Assembly: GCA_039584455.1 (NCBI GenBank)
Contig: JBDGXT010000001.1
Coordinates: 1 to 29,859 of the forward strand
DNA: 29,859 nt
Reading direction: 5' to 3'
Source of the DNA: Gemmatimonadota bacterium
Lineage (GTDB): Bacteria > Gemmatimonadota > Gemmatimonadetes > Gemmatimonadales > GWC2-71-9
Shown here: positions 1-8,508 of the stretch, piece by piece
Layout of the letters: each line of letters starts with the position of its first letter
Numbering within the stretch: the first letter of the stretch is position 1
Made by a program: the position numbers and the translations under genes
Notes under the pieces: model-generated
The model's database searches: none
The model's input: only the letters and a program-made list of their open reading frames with translations
Told to the model about the DNA's origin: nothing

Positions 1-990
1 CTGTCGCAGCGGAATCCCGTCTGCTCGACCGTGGGGTCCACGAACAACGTACGAACCTGGCCATGGGCCAGCGCCTTGAGCACCGGCTCGATCCCGTTCA
101 CGGCCCATCCCGTGCCGAGGCGCTCGTACAAGGCGTCCACGTAACCGGCTTCGAGCTCGCGCTCGGCCTGTTGCCGAACTGCGAGCACCGCTTCCATCAC
201 CTCCGCCGGACTCGTGGTCTTGGGGTTGAGCTTCGCGGTGCCGAGCACCTGCGCGCCGAGGTACGGGTGGAGGTGAGGCACGACGGCGTCGGCATCGGCC
301 CCCATGCCTGCCAGGACAACGCCGCGGATGGGTCGCTCACGCGAAGCCTCGAACAGCCGCTGCGCGACGCTGGCATAGTGCCGCTGCTTCTCCTCGCGAA
401 TCCGTTGATGGTAGCGTGGTGTCGCCCGCCGTGAGGCTCGGCAGCTCCTCGATGCCGAACGCCGTTACCGTGAACATGCGCGCCGTCGTGCGATCGTACA
501 CCGCGCAGAGCACGCGTCCAAACTCGTCGTTGAGGGCGGCCGCTTCGCGGACGAGGGGCGTGTGGTCGACCGAGAGCCGCGAGCGGAATACCGAGGGCAA
601 GGGGATGACCTCGAACAGATCGAGCGGCTCACACGCGAACAACGCGATGCCCTGTCCTTCGCCCAGGTTGTCGGGATGCTCGAGGTACTCCCGCATCCGC
701 TCCAGGTCACGCCCCACCGTGTCCCGCTCCTGCCGGCCGAGGCCACGCTCCTCCAGCCACTTGAGCTGCGCCTTGATCCGGTTCTTCAGCTTGATGAGGT
801 ACTTGCCGCGGCTTCGGTCGCGCGGCTCGAGCTTGAGGTAGCACGACACGACCCAGTGCTCGCTCGCCCCGAGGTTGGTCAGCCAGTCCACGATTGGCTG
901 CAGCGTGGCGGCTTCGCCCGCGGCACTCGCCGAGGCGCCACCGCGTGAAACGGAGAGGTGCTTAGAAGAAGACGGGTTCGCGGTATGCAC
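1..990 (-). pseudogene. eRF1/aeRF1-like bacterial release-factor homolog (baeRF superfamily), frameshifted at about 413 and truncated by the left window edge
   Basis: The ORF 337..990 encodes an eRF1 N-domain-like start (VVSCYLKLEPRD) and the M-domain strands (RVLCAVYDRTTARMFTV). After ...LTAGDTT the +1 frame reads YHQRIREEKQRHYASVAQRLF...GVVLAGMG...GWAVNGIEPVLKALAHGQVRTLFVD, open to position 1, which resembles the eRF1 M-domain helix and the C (eRF1_3) domain. GTG 990 has a strong SD. Confidence 0.7.
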
Positions 991-2605
991 CGTATACCTC
1001 CTCCAGGGCGTGGCGGATCTCGTAAAGCGTGCAGTACGCCCGCGCGCAGTCGAGCATGTACGGAATCACGTTGTCCTCCCGGGCCGCTGCAGAGCGCAGC
1101 TCCTGCAAGACGCTCTCGACGCGTGCGGCATCTCGACCGTCGCGCAGCCGAGCCAAGCGCTTCCGCTGGAACGCGCCCGCCTCCTCGTTCACCTGCAGGA
1201 TCTCGAGCTCCTCACCATCCTGGTCGACGTAATCGTTGACGCCCACCACGATGCGGCGCCTCTGGTCCACCTCATGCTGGAACCGGAGCGCACTCTGATG
1301 GATCTGTCGCTGAAACCACCCAAGCTCGATGCCTTTCACGACTCCACCGATCTGCTCGATCTGCGTAAACAGTTCCTCGGCCTCCCGCTCCATGCGATCC
1401 GTGAGCGCCTCGACGTAGTAGGACCCGGCCAGCGGATCCACCACGTTGGGCACGCCGGTTTCGAACGCCAGGATCTGCTGGGTGCGCAGCGCGAGCTTCA
1501 CGGCCTCCTCGGTCGGCAGCGCCAGCGTCTCGTCCAGCGAATTGGTGTGGAGCGACTGCGTGCCCCCCAGCGCGGCGGCCATGGCCTGGTACGCGACGCG
1601 CACCACGTTATTCATCGGCTGTTGTGCGGTGAGCGACACGCCGGCCGTCTGGCAGTGGAACCGCATCTTCCAGGAGCGTGGGTCACGCGCTCCGTAGCGC
1701 TCGCGCATGTGCCGGGCCCAGATGCGGCGCGCGGCGCGCATCTTGGCGATCTCCTCGAAGAAGTCGTTGTGCACGTCCCAGAAGAACGAGAGCCGGGGCG
1801 CAAAGTCGTCCACGTCGAGCTGCCGGGCCACGCCCCGCTCAACGTACTCGAACCCGTTGGCGAGGGTGAACGCCATTTCCTGCACCGCTGTGGCGCCGGC
1901 CTCCCGAATGTGGTAGCCGCTGATCGAAATCGTGTTCCACAGCGGCGTATGCTCGGAGGCCCACTCGAACATGTCCACGATGATCTTGAGGGCGGGCTCG
2001 ACGGGGAAGATCCAAGCATGCTGGGCCATGTATTCCTTCAGCATGTCGTTCTGCACCGTGCCGCGCAGCTTGCCGATGTCGCTGCCCTGCTTTTCGGCGG
2101 CGGCGACGTAGAAGCAGAACAGCATGGCCGCCGGGCCGTTGATCGTCATGGACGTCGAGACCTGCTCCATGGGGATCCCGTCGAACAGCGTCTCCATGTC
2201 CGCGAGCGACGAGATCGCGACGCCGCACTTGCCCACCTCGCCCTCGGACCGTGGGGAATCGGAGTCATACCCCATGAGGGTGGGGAAGTCGAAGGCCACC
2301 GACAGCCCAGTCTGGCCGCGCTCGAGCAAGAATTTGTACCGCCGATTGGTGTCCTCCGCCGTCCCGAACCCCGAAAACTGCCGCATCGTCCAGAGCCGAC
2401 CCCGGTACATCGTGGGGTGGATCCCGCGGGTAAAGGGGTACGCTCCCGGGTAGCCGAGGTCCCGCTCGTACTCCGCGCCCTCGACGTCCTCGGGGGTGTA
2501 GAGTGGGCTCACTTCGGCCGAGCTCTGAGTAACGAAATCAATCGGCCGTTTGGAGGCTGCCTCGTAATCTTCGCGCCAGCGATCGTGCGCACTCTTGTCC
2601 GTCAT
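962..2605 (-). CDS. icmA: B12-dependent acyl-CoA mutase, large (substrate-binding) subunit, with isobutyryl-CoA-mutase-type signature
   Basis: 547 aa with [48 protein letters not shown] and LHTNSLDE motifs and no C-terminal B12-binding domain. F77 and Q195 occupy the Tyr89/Arg207 positions of P. shermanii MCM. The family call is firm; the icmA symbol rests on two residues. Confidence 0.85.
   Translation of the reverse strand: MTDKSAHDRWREDYEAASKRPIDFVTQSSAEVSPLYTPEDVEGAEYERDLGYPGAYPFTRGIHPTMYRGRLWTMRQFSGFGTAEDTNRRYKFLLERGQTGLSVAFDFPTLMGYDSDSPRSEGEVGKCGVAISSLADMETLFDGIPMEQVSTSMTINGPAAMLFCFYVAAAEKQGSDIGKLRGTVQNDMLKEYMAQHAWIFPVEPALKIIVDMFEWASEHTPLWNTISISGYHIREAGATAVQEMAFTLANGFEYVERGVARQLDVDDFAPRLSFFWDVHNDFFEEIAKMRAARRIWARHMRERYGARDPRSWKMRFHCQTAGVSLTAQQPMNNVVRVAYQAMAAALGGTQSLHTNSLDETLALPTEEAVKLALRTQQILAFETGVPNVVDPLAGSYYVEALTDRMEREAEELFTQIEQIGGVVKGIELGWFQRQIHQSALRFQHEVDQRRRIVVGVNDYVDQDGEELEILQVNEEAGAFQRKRLARLRDGRDAARVESVLQELRSAAAREDNVIPYMLDCARAYCTLYEIRHALEEVYGAYREPVFF
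997..1004 (-). promoter_or_regulatory. Shine-Dalgarno GGAGGAGG for the baeRF gene, embedded in the mutase 3' coding sequence
   Basis: The minus strand reads GGAGGAGG-TATACG-GTG(990). The 6-nt spacer supports a start that overlaps the mutase ORF by 29 nt. Confidence 0.55.
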
Positions 2606-3699
2606 CGACGACTATCCTCCTGCAGTTTGCCCACGATGCTTTGGGCGAGCTTGTACGGACTGATCCGACCTTGCACCACGTCGTCGAGCCCCTCGGCCAC
2701 CTGCGCGTCGCCGTCGCCGTCCCGCCAGATCAGACTGCTCAGCGCCCGGTCCACGACCTCGCGCGTGTGCCGCGCCAGCCGCTCCCTACGCAACGCTGCG
2801 AGTTGTCCCGTGCGTTCCAGATGCGCGTAGTGCTCACCGAACACCTCGATGAGTCGCTCCACCCCCACCCCCTTCACCGCCACCGCCGTGAGCACTGGCG
2901 GCTCCCACTCTCCGCTTCCCGCTTCCTCGTGTCCGGTTCCCCGTTCTCCGATGCCCGTTCCGGGGGAGGGGATGGCGGTGGGCCGGTGGTGTGGCGTTAC
3001 GTGCCGAAACGCGTTGCCACGCCGAATCCCCAGCATGATTTCCACTTCCTGCACCAGCCGGTCGGCTCCGGGGCGATCCGCCTTGTTCACGAGGTAGAGG
3101 TCGGCAATCTCCATCACGCCCGCCTTCAGCACCTGCACGCCATCTCCCGATTCGGGTACCAGCACCAGCGCCGTGGTATCGGCGCTCCCGGCGATGGCCA
3201 GCTCCGACTGCCCCACCCCCACGGTCTCGATGATGATCCGCTCGAAGCCGAAGGCATCGAGCACGTCACACACTTCACGCGTGGTCGTCGCCAGCCCTCC
3301 GACGCCACCGCGTGATGCCATCGACCGGATGTAGACGCCGGGATCGAGCGTGAGCGTGTCCATCCGAATGCGGTCGCCCAACAGCGCGCCGCCCGTGAAC
3401 GGGCTCGTGGGGTCCACCGCGACCACGGCGACCGTGAGGTCCTTGGCACGGTAGGCCTGGACCAGCCGCTCGATGAGCGTGGACTTCCCCGCTCCGGGCG
3501 GCCCGGTAATCCCGATCCGGTGGGCCCGGCCCACCAGGGGGTGGAGCTCCGAGAGTAGCTCTTCGTACCCGTTTCGCCCGTTTTCGACCAGCGAGATGGC
3601 GCGAGCCAGCGAGGGGATGTTCCGCTGCTGGATGCCTTCGACGAGGCCCGTGGCGTGCATGTCGTTAGTAACTTCGTCCCTGCCCCGGCGGGCTCGCAA
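2602..3699 (-). CDS. meaB: MeaB/ArgK/MMAA-family GTPase, B12-mutase chaperone (alternative start ATG 3660)
   Basis: [12 protein letters not shown] Walker [32 protein letters not shown] and VNKAD. ATGA overlap with the mutase start. Confidence 0.93.
   Translation of the reverse strand: MRARRGRDEVTNDMHATGLVEGIQQRNIPSLARAISLVENGRNGYEELLSELHPLVGRAHRIGITGPPGAGKSTLIERLVQAYRAKDLTVAVVAVDPTSPFTGGALLGDRIRMDTLTLDPGVYIRSMASRGGVGGLATTTREVCDVLDAFGFERIIIETVGVGQSELAIAGSADTTALVLVPESGDGVQVLKAGVMEIADLYLVNKADRPGADRLVQEVEIMLGIRRGNAFRHVTPHHRPTAIPSPGTGIGERGTGHEEAGSGEWEPPVLTAVAVKGVGVERLIEVFGEHYAHLERTGQLAALRRERLARHTREVVDRALSSLIWRDGDGDAQVAEGLDDVVQGRISPYKLAQSIVGKLQEDSRR
2900..2962. repeat. Degenerate 7-bp tandem array, 9 units (63 bp), in frame inside meaB
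   Basis: Plus-strand units ggctccc actctcc gcttccc gcttcct cgtgtcc ggttccc cgttctc cgatgcc cgttccg (consensus about SSTTCCC). They encode [21 protein letters not shown]. Confidence 0.7.
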
Positions 3700-3708
3700 G
3701 CCGCTCCC

Positions 3709-5058
3709 CTAGGTGCCGTTGAGCAGCAGGGTGGCCGCGAGCCCCAGGAGAATGAAGAACCCGGCGATGTCGGTCACTGCCGTGACGAATCCGGAGCTCG
3801 CCACGGCCGGATCCACGCCCAAACGCTGCAGCAGCAACGGTACGGCCGCTCCCACGGTGGCCGCGACGATGAGGCTGCCCCACATCGCCAGCATGACGAC
3901 GAGCCCGAGCTGCCACGGTCGACCCGTGGCCACCGTCACCAACCCAACCACCACACCGATGGCCAGTCCGTTGATGATTCCGACCACCATCTCCTTCCCC
4001 ACGAGGGCTACACCGCTGCGGGCCGGGATCAGGCCCAGCGCAATTCGTCGCACCGTGACCGCCAGGGCCTGCGTGCCCGCGCTCCCGCCCAATCCCGCCA
4101 CTATGGGCATGATGGCGGCAAGCACCACGATCTGAGCGATGGTGTCCTCGAACGCGAGGACGACGGCGCCGGCGAAGAACGCCGTGAACAGATTGAGATA
4201 GAGCCAGGGCAGTCGGCTGCGCACCGCATGGTGCCACGTGCCGGCGAGCTGCTCGTCACCGGCGCCGCCCCCGAACTTGAGGAGGTCCTCCGTCTGCTCC
4301 GCCTCGACCACGTCGATCACGTCGTCGAAGGTGACCCGGCCGAGTAGCTTGCCGTCGGGATTCACCACGGGCACGGCAGGCACGTTGTAGCGGCTCATCA
4401 GCCGGGCCACTTCCTCCTGGTCCAGCTCGGGCGCGGCGGACACCGGGGGGGGCTCCATGAGCTCCTTGACCGACGTCTCGGGCTTGGCCACTACCATGCG
4501 CTGCAACGGGAGGACGCCCACGAGGCGGTACTGTTCGTCCACCACGAAGATCTGGTAGAACTCCTCCACTTCCGCCGCCTGGCGCCGCACCTCTTCGATC
4601 GCGTGTCCCGCCGTAGCGCGCTCCGGCACCGCGACGACGTGGGCCGTCATGCGGCCGCCGGCGGTCTCTTCGTCGTAGACCAGGAGCCGCTCGATGTCGG
4701 CCCGGTCGGCGACATGCCTCAGAATGCGCGCGGCTTGGTCGGCAGGTAGCTCCGCGATCAGGTCGACCGCGTCGTCGTCCTCCAGCTCCTCGACGATGTC
4801 GGCGGCATCTTCCGGTCGCAGCGCGGCGAGGAGCTCCTCCGGGTGCTCCTCTTCCTCCATCTCGGCAAGTGCCTCGGACACGAGTTCGGGCGGCAGGGTC
4901 TGCACGAGACGGAGCTGGACGTCGGGCTCGAGCCCGGCCAGCACGTCCGAGAGGTCGGCGGGCTGGAGCTCGCGGGCCAGCCCGAGGAAGCGTGCAACAT
5001 CCCCCGACTCCGCGAGCTGGCGCAGCTCGTCCAGGACCATCTCCTGCCGCTCGTTCAT
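3709..5058 (-). CDS. mgtE: Magnesium transporter MgtE
   Basis: 449 aa: acidic N domain (PADLSDVL, MEEEE, LEDDDAVDL), a CBS pair (ETAGGRMT, LLGRVTFDDVIDV) and the membrane domain (RLPWL, MPIVAGLGGSAGTQA, GVDPAVASSGFVTAVTD). Confidence 0.95.
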   Translation of the reverse strand: MNERQEMVLDELRQLAESGDVARFLGLARELQPADLSDVLAGLEPDVQLRLVQTLPPELVSEALAEMEEEEHPEELLAALRPEDAADIVEELEDDDAVDLIAELPADQAARILRHVADRADIERLLVYDEETAGGRMTAHVVAVPERATAGHAIEEVRRQAAEVEEFYQIFVVDEQYRLVGVLPLQRMVVAKPETSVKELMEPPPVSAAPELDQEEVARLMSRYNVPAVPVVNPDGKLLGRVTFDDVIDVVEAEQTEDLLKFGGGAGDEQLAGTWHHAVRSRLPWLYLNLFTAFFAGAVVLAFEDTIAQIVVLAAIMPIVAGLGGSAGTQALAVTVRRIALGLIPARSGVALVGKEMVVGIINGLAIGVVVGLVTVATGRPWQLGLVVMLAMWGSLIVAATVGAAVPLLLQRLGVDPAVASSGFVTAVTDIAGFFILLGLAATLLLNGT

Positions 5059-5714
5059 GCCTGCGTATCCTTGAGCAGCGTGTCCAGATCGAGCCCCCGC
5101 CGGCGCAGCGAGGGCGCCTCATCGTGGGGGCTCACGGCCCCCGCCGAGATAACGAGCTTCATCGCCTCGTCGACCGTGATGCCCGTTTCCTTGATCTTCG
5201 TCTTGGGTACGATGAGCATGAACCCCGACGTGGGGTTGGGGGTGGTGGGGACGAAGACGTTGATGCACGGCTCGCCGATGAGCGCCATCATCACCGGGTC
5301 GTCCTCATTGGTCACGAACGCCACCGCCCAGATCCCCTCGGTGGGATACGGGATGAGCACGGTCCGGCGGAAGAAGCTGGTCCGCTCGCCCACGATCGTC
5401 TGGACGATCTGGCTCATGGCGTTGTAGATCCTGCCCGTCAGCGGGAACCGTGCCAACGCCTCGTTCCAGAAGTGCAGGATCTGCCGGCCGGCTGCCCGGT
5501 GCACCGCCCATCCCACACCCATCACGACCAGGACGAGGAGCACGAGCCCCAGTCCCGGGATGCGGATACTCAAGAGGTTCTGGAGCGGCGTGCCGAGGAT
5601 GTTGTCGATTTGCCGGAACAGCCACACGAGCACGACGGCCGTGACACCCACCGGCGCGATCACGATGAGACCGGTGAAGAAGTAGCGCCGCAGCTTCCTG
5701 GCCGTGAGGTTCAC
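5055..5714 (-). CDS. DUF502 family membrane protein
   Basis: RRYFFTGLIVIAPVGVT, N-terminal TM helices, VLIPYP, VFVPTTPNPTSGF, VDEAMKLVISAG. GTG 5714 is preceded by the SD GGAGGTG. ATGA overlap with mgtE. Confidence 0.88.
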   Translation of the reverse strand: MNLTARKLRRYFFTGLIVIAPVGVTAVVLVWLFRQIDNILGTPLQNLLSIRIPGLGLVLLVLVVMGVGWAVHRAAGRQILHFWNEALARFPLTGRIYNAMSQIVQTIVGERTSFFRRTVLIPYPTEGIWAVAFVTNEDDPVMMALIGEPCINVFVPTTPNPTSGFMLIVPKTKIKETGITVDEAMKLVISAGAVSPHDEAPSLRRRGLDLDTLLKDTQA

Positions 5715-5715
5715 G

Positions 5716-6906
5716 TCACTCACCTCCCCGCAGTGCAATCGTGGGTACCGGGCCTCGCCGCACCATCACCCGTTCCAGTCGCGTGGGCGTCGCGGCCAAC
5801 ACATCGAACTCCAAACCGCCGAAGGCAAAGCGCTCGCCCGCTTGGGGAATACGTCCTGCGGCTCGTGCCAGCAAGCCCCCAATCGTCTCTGCCTCCTCCG
5901 GCAACTCCACCTGGAACCGTGCCGCAATCTCCTCGGTCGGCGTCGCGCCCGTAGCCTCGACCAGGTCGGCGGCAGCTCCCTCCTGGAGATCACGGGGCTC
6001 CTGGTCCCCGAACACGTCGCCCACCAACTCCCGCAGCAAGTCGTCGAACGTGACCATCCCCGCGGTCCCCCCGAACTCGTCCAGCACCACCGCGACCTGG
6101 AAGCGATCGCGCTGCATGGCGAACAGGAGGTCGGTGCAGCGTTTCGACCCCGGAGCCGTGGTCACCGGTCGGAGCGGCAACTCCGCGCCCGGTGTGATCT
6201 TGAGCAGGTCGAACGCGTAGATCATCCCGCTGATACTGTCCAGCGACTCCCGGTAGATCGGGAGGCGAGAGTATCCCGACTCGCTGAACAGACGGCCGAC
6301 CTCCTCCACCGGTGTACCCTCCCGCACGGCTACGATCTCGGTTCGCGGGGTCATCACTTCACGAACGGGACGCTCCGTGAACGCCAGGATGCCCGACAGC
6401 TGGGGGAGTTCCACACCGTCGTGCGGCTCGTCTGCCCGTGCCGGTTGCGGATGCGCGTCCAGCGCCGCCCGCGCCCGCGGCTCCGATGCCCTGGGAGCGA
6501 ACGGTGCGAACAACCAGCCGAGCGTGCGAAGCCACGGGGTCACCCGGTGCAAGATCCCCTCCGGCCAGCGTCGCCCGACCGCCCGGGGCACCGCGTACGT
6601 TGCCACCACGACCATCGGTGCCGCGAACAGGAGGATCGTCGCTGCCTCCAAGAGCGTCGGGAGATACGCCGTGAGCGCCGCCAGACCGAACCCCACCACC
6701 AGCGTCCCACCGGTCACCAGCCCCTGCGCCGCGCGCACGATGCGTCCGGGCGCCGCGAGCAGCACGCCGGCCGAGGCCCCACCGGCCTTGCCACCGGCGG
6801 CCCAGCGGTAGAGATCGACATGCCGCACCGCGGCGGCAGCCACCGCCGCCGCCATGCCCGTCGCGGCGACCACGACCCCCACGGCCAGCATGATCCACGC
6901 GGTCAC
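5716..6906 (-). CDS. CNNM/CorB (hemolysin/TlyC-like) protein: DUF21-like membrane domain, CBS pair and CorC_HlyC domain
   Basis: VREVMTPRTEIVAV, SGYSRLPIY, VVLDEFGGTAGMVTFDDLL and ETIGGLL. GTG 6906 has SD GGAGG and a GTGA overlap with the upstream stop at 6903-6905. Confidence 0.9.
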   Translation of the reverse strand: MTAWIMLAVGVVVAATGMAAAVAAAAVRHVDLYRWAAGGKAGGASAGVLLAAPGRIVRAAQGLVTGGTLVVGFGLAALTAYLPTLLEAATILLFAAPMVVVATYAVPRAVGRRWPEGILHRVTPWLRTLGWLFAPFAPRASEPRARAALDAHPQPARADEPHDGVELPQLSGILAFTERPVREVMTPRTEIVAVREGTPVEEVGRLFSESGYSRLPIYRESLDSISGMIYAFDLLKITPGAELPLRPVTTAPGSKRCTDLLFAMQRDRFQVAVVLDEFGGTAGMVTFDDLLRELVGDVFGDQEPRDLQEGAAADLVEATGATPTEEIAARFQVELPEEAETIGGLLARAAGRIPQAGERFAFGGLEFDVLAATPTRLERVMVRRGPVPTIALRGGE

Positions 6907-8089
6907 GGTGCGGCCTCCCCCACACCCTGGGCGGGCTCGTGCGCCCGCCGCTCGAAGTACACGCGCCGGATGCGTCTCCGGATGACCTGCTCGACCACGA
7001 CGCGGAACTCGCCAATGCGCAACTCCTCGCCCGGACGCGGCACTCGTCCCAGTTCCGAGTAGATGAGTCCTCCAACGGTGCTCACGTCCTCCCGGTCGAT
7101 CGCGGTGCGCAGCGTTTCCGACAGGTCGTCCAGCGTGACGGTGCCATCGACCCAGAACTTGTCGTCGGGCGCTCCTCACGATCGTATTCGCCGTAGATCT
7201 CGCCAACGGCCTCTTCGAGCACGTCCTCCAGGGTGATCAGTCCCGACGTCCCACCGAACTCGTCCACCACGATGGCGATGTGGCTCGGGCCGCGCTGGAA
7301 GTCCCGCAGCTGGCTCACGAGCGACTTCGATTCCGGAACGAACTGTGCGGGCCGCACCATCTCTTGCCACCGCTTCGGATGTGGAGCGATCCCCGCCACC
7401 ACGGGTGTGAGGTCCTTGGCATACAGCACACCCACGATGCGGTCGAGATCCCCCTCGTACACCGGCAGCCGCGCCCGCTCTCTACGACGCAGCGCTTCCA
7501 CCACCTCGCGCCAGTCCGCGCTTGCCTCGATCGCGGCGATGTCCAGTCTCGGCGTCATGGCCTCCGCCACGATACCGTCACGCAGCGACACCACCCCGGC
7601 CAGCACGTCCCGCTCCCCCTCACCCAGCCCGGTGACGGTTGGCGCGCGTGGCGGAAGCGCCGTCTGGAGCAGCCTCCCGGTGGCGGCCACCACGCCGAGC
7701 AACGGCTTGAGCATGACCAGGCTGCGCCGCGCCGGGGACACCGTCATTCCGGCGAGTTGCGGCAGTAGCACTCCGATCCCGCGTGGAAGGGCGTCGGCGA
7801 TCAGGTAGAGCAGCGCACCGGCGAGCAGCAGCCCGATCGCTCCCTCGGCAGGCGGGCGCCGCCACCACTCGATTGCCGCGGCCGCCGCCGCGCCGGCCAC
7901 CACGAGCAGCGCCACCCGCGCGACCTGCAGGGCCCGGTGCACCGGAATGGGTTCGCCACGGGCCGGCGGTGGGTCGCCCAGCGAGCGCGGAAGTACGGGA
8001 GCCTCTTCCGCCAGCACGAGCAGCCCTGCCCACAGCGCCGCACCCGTGGCCACGAGTAACTCGAACCAGACCGTCCAGGAAGTGCTCAT
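6903..8089 (-). pseudogene. Second CNNM/CorB paralog, frameshifted at about 7166-7168 just before the CorC_HlyC domain
   Basis: The frame from ATG 8089 gives TM helices and a CBS pair (AMTPRLDI, RLPVY, VVDEFGGTSGLITLEDVLEE...GEYD). The C-terminal domain DDKFWVDG...STVGGLIYSELGRVP...RRIRRVYF is in another frame ending at 6903. The span is 1187 nt, not a multiple of 3. Confidence 0.8.
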
Positions 8090-8508
8090 CGTGGGACGCG
8101 GCCGCTCAGCCGTTCCACGTAGCGCTCTTGATGGTGCCACATGGCCGAGCGGGTTCGGCCGGTGCCATCGGGGTGTTCCTGGCCGAGGACGTGCAGCACA
8201 CCGTGCACCACGAGGCGCACCATCTCTTCGCGCTCGGTCACGCCTGCGTCTCGCGCACTACGCCGCGCCACCGAGGGGCAGACGTAGATATCTCCGGCGA
8301 GCTGGTCCAGGTGAGGCAGGCGGAACGCGATCACATCCGTGGCCCGGTCGCGCCCGAACGCACGCCGGTTCAGTGCCCGCATCTTGGGGCCGCCGAGGAA
8401 GGTGATGGACAGAGCTGCCCGGCCGACGCCCTCACCGTCCAGCACGGCTGCGGCCCAGCGCCGCACCGCGGTGGCCGGGACCGCGAGCGCCGCGTCCGGA
8501 TCGGTCAC
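8086..8508 (-). CDS. ybeY: rRNA maturation endoribonuclease YbeY (start uncertain; TTG 8559 possible)
   Basis: LSITF, MRALNRR.FGRDRATDVIAF, GDIYVC and the zinc motif HGVLHVLGQEH. ATGA overlap with the downstream gene. Confidence 0.92.
   Translation of the reverse strand: MTDPDAALAVPATAVRRWAAAVLDGEGVGRAALSITFLGGPKMRALNRRAFGRDRATDVIAFRLPHLDQLAGDIYVCPSVARRSARDAGVTEREEMVRLVVHGVLHVLGQEHPDGTGRTRSAMWHHQERYVERLSGRVPR

Noticed and set aside
337-464. RF2-like programmed +1 frameshift in the release-factor homolog
   Set aside because: There is no CTT-TGA slippery site or upstream SD at the shift, the frame-0 stop is about 75 nt past the homology switch, and recoding would not restore the missing loop.
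875-2830. 651-aa plus-strand ORF, and similar long antisense ORFs (5704..7062, 8589..10118, 10604..11917, 20079..21155, 26359..27417)
   Set aside because: These are shadow frames of well-supported minus-strand genes in high-GC DNA, with no recognisable motifs.
7166-7178. Programmed -1 frameshift in the CNNM gene
   Set aside because: There is no X-XXY-YYZ slippery heptamer in the roughly 10-nt window allowed by the flanking stop.
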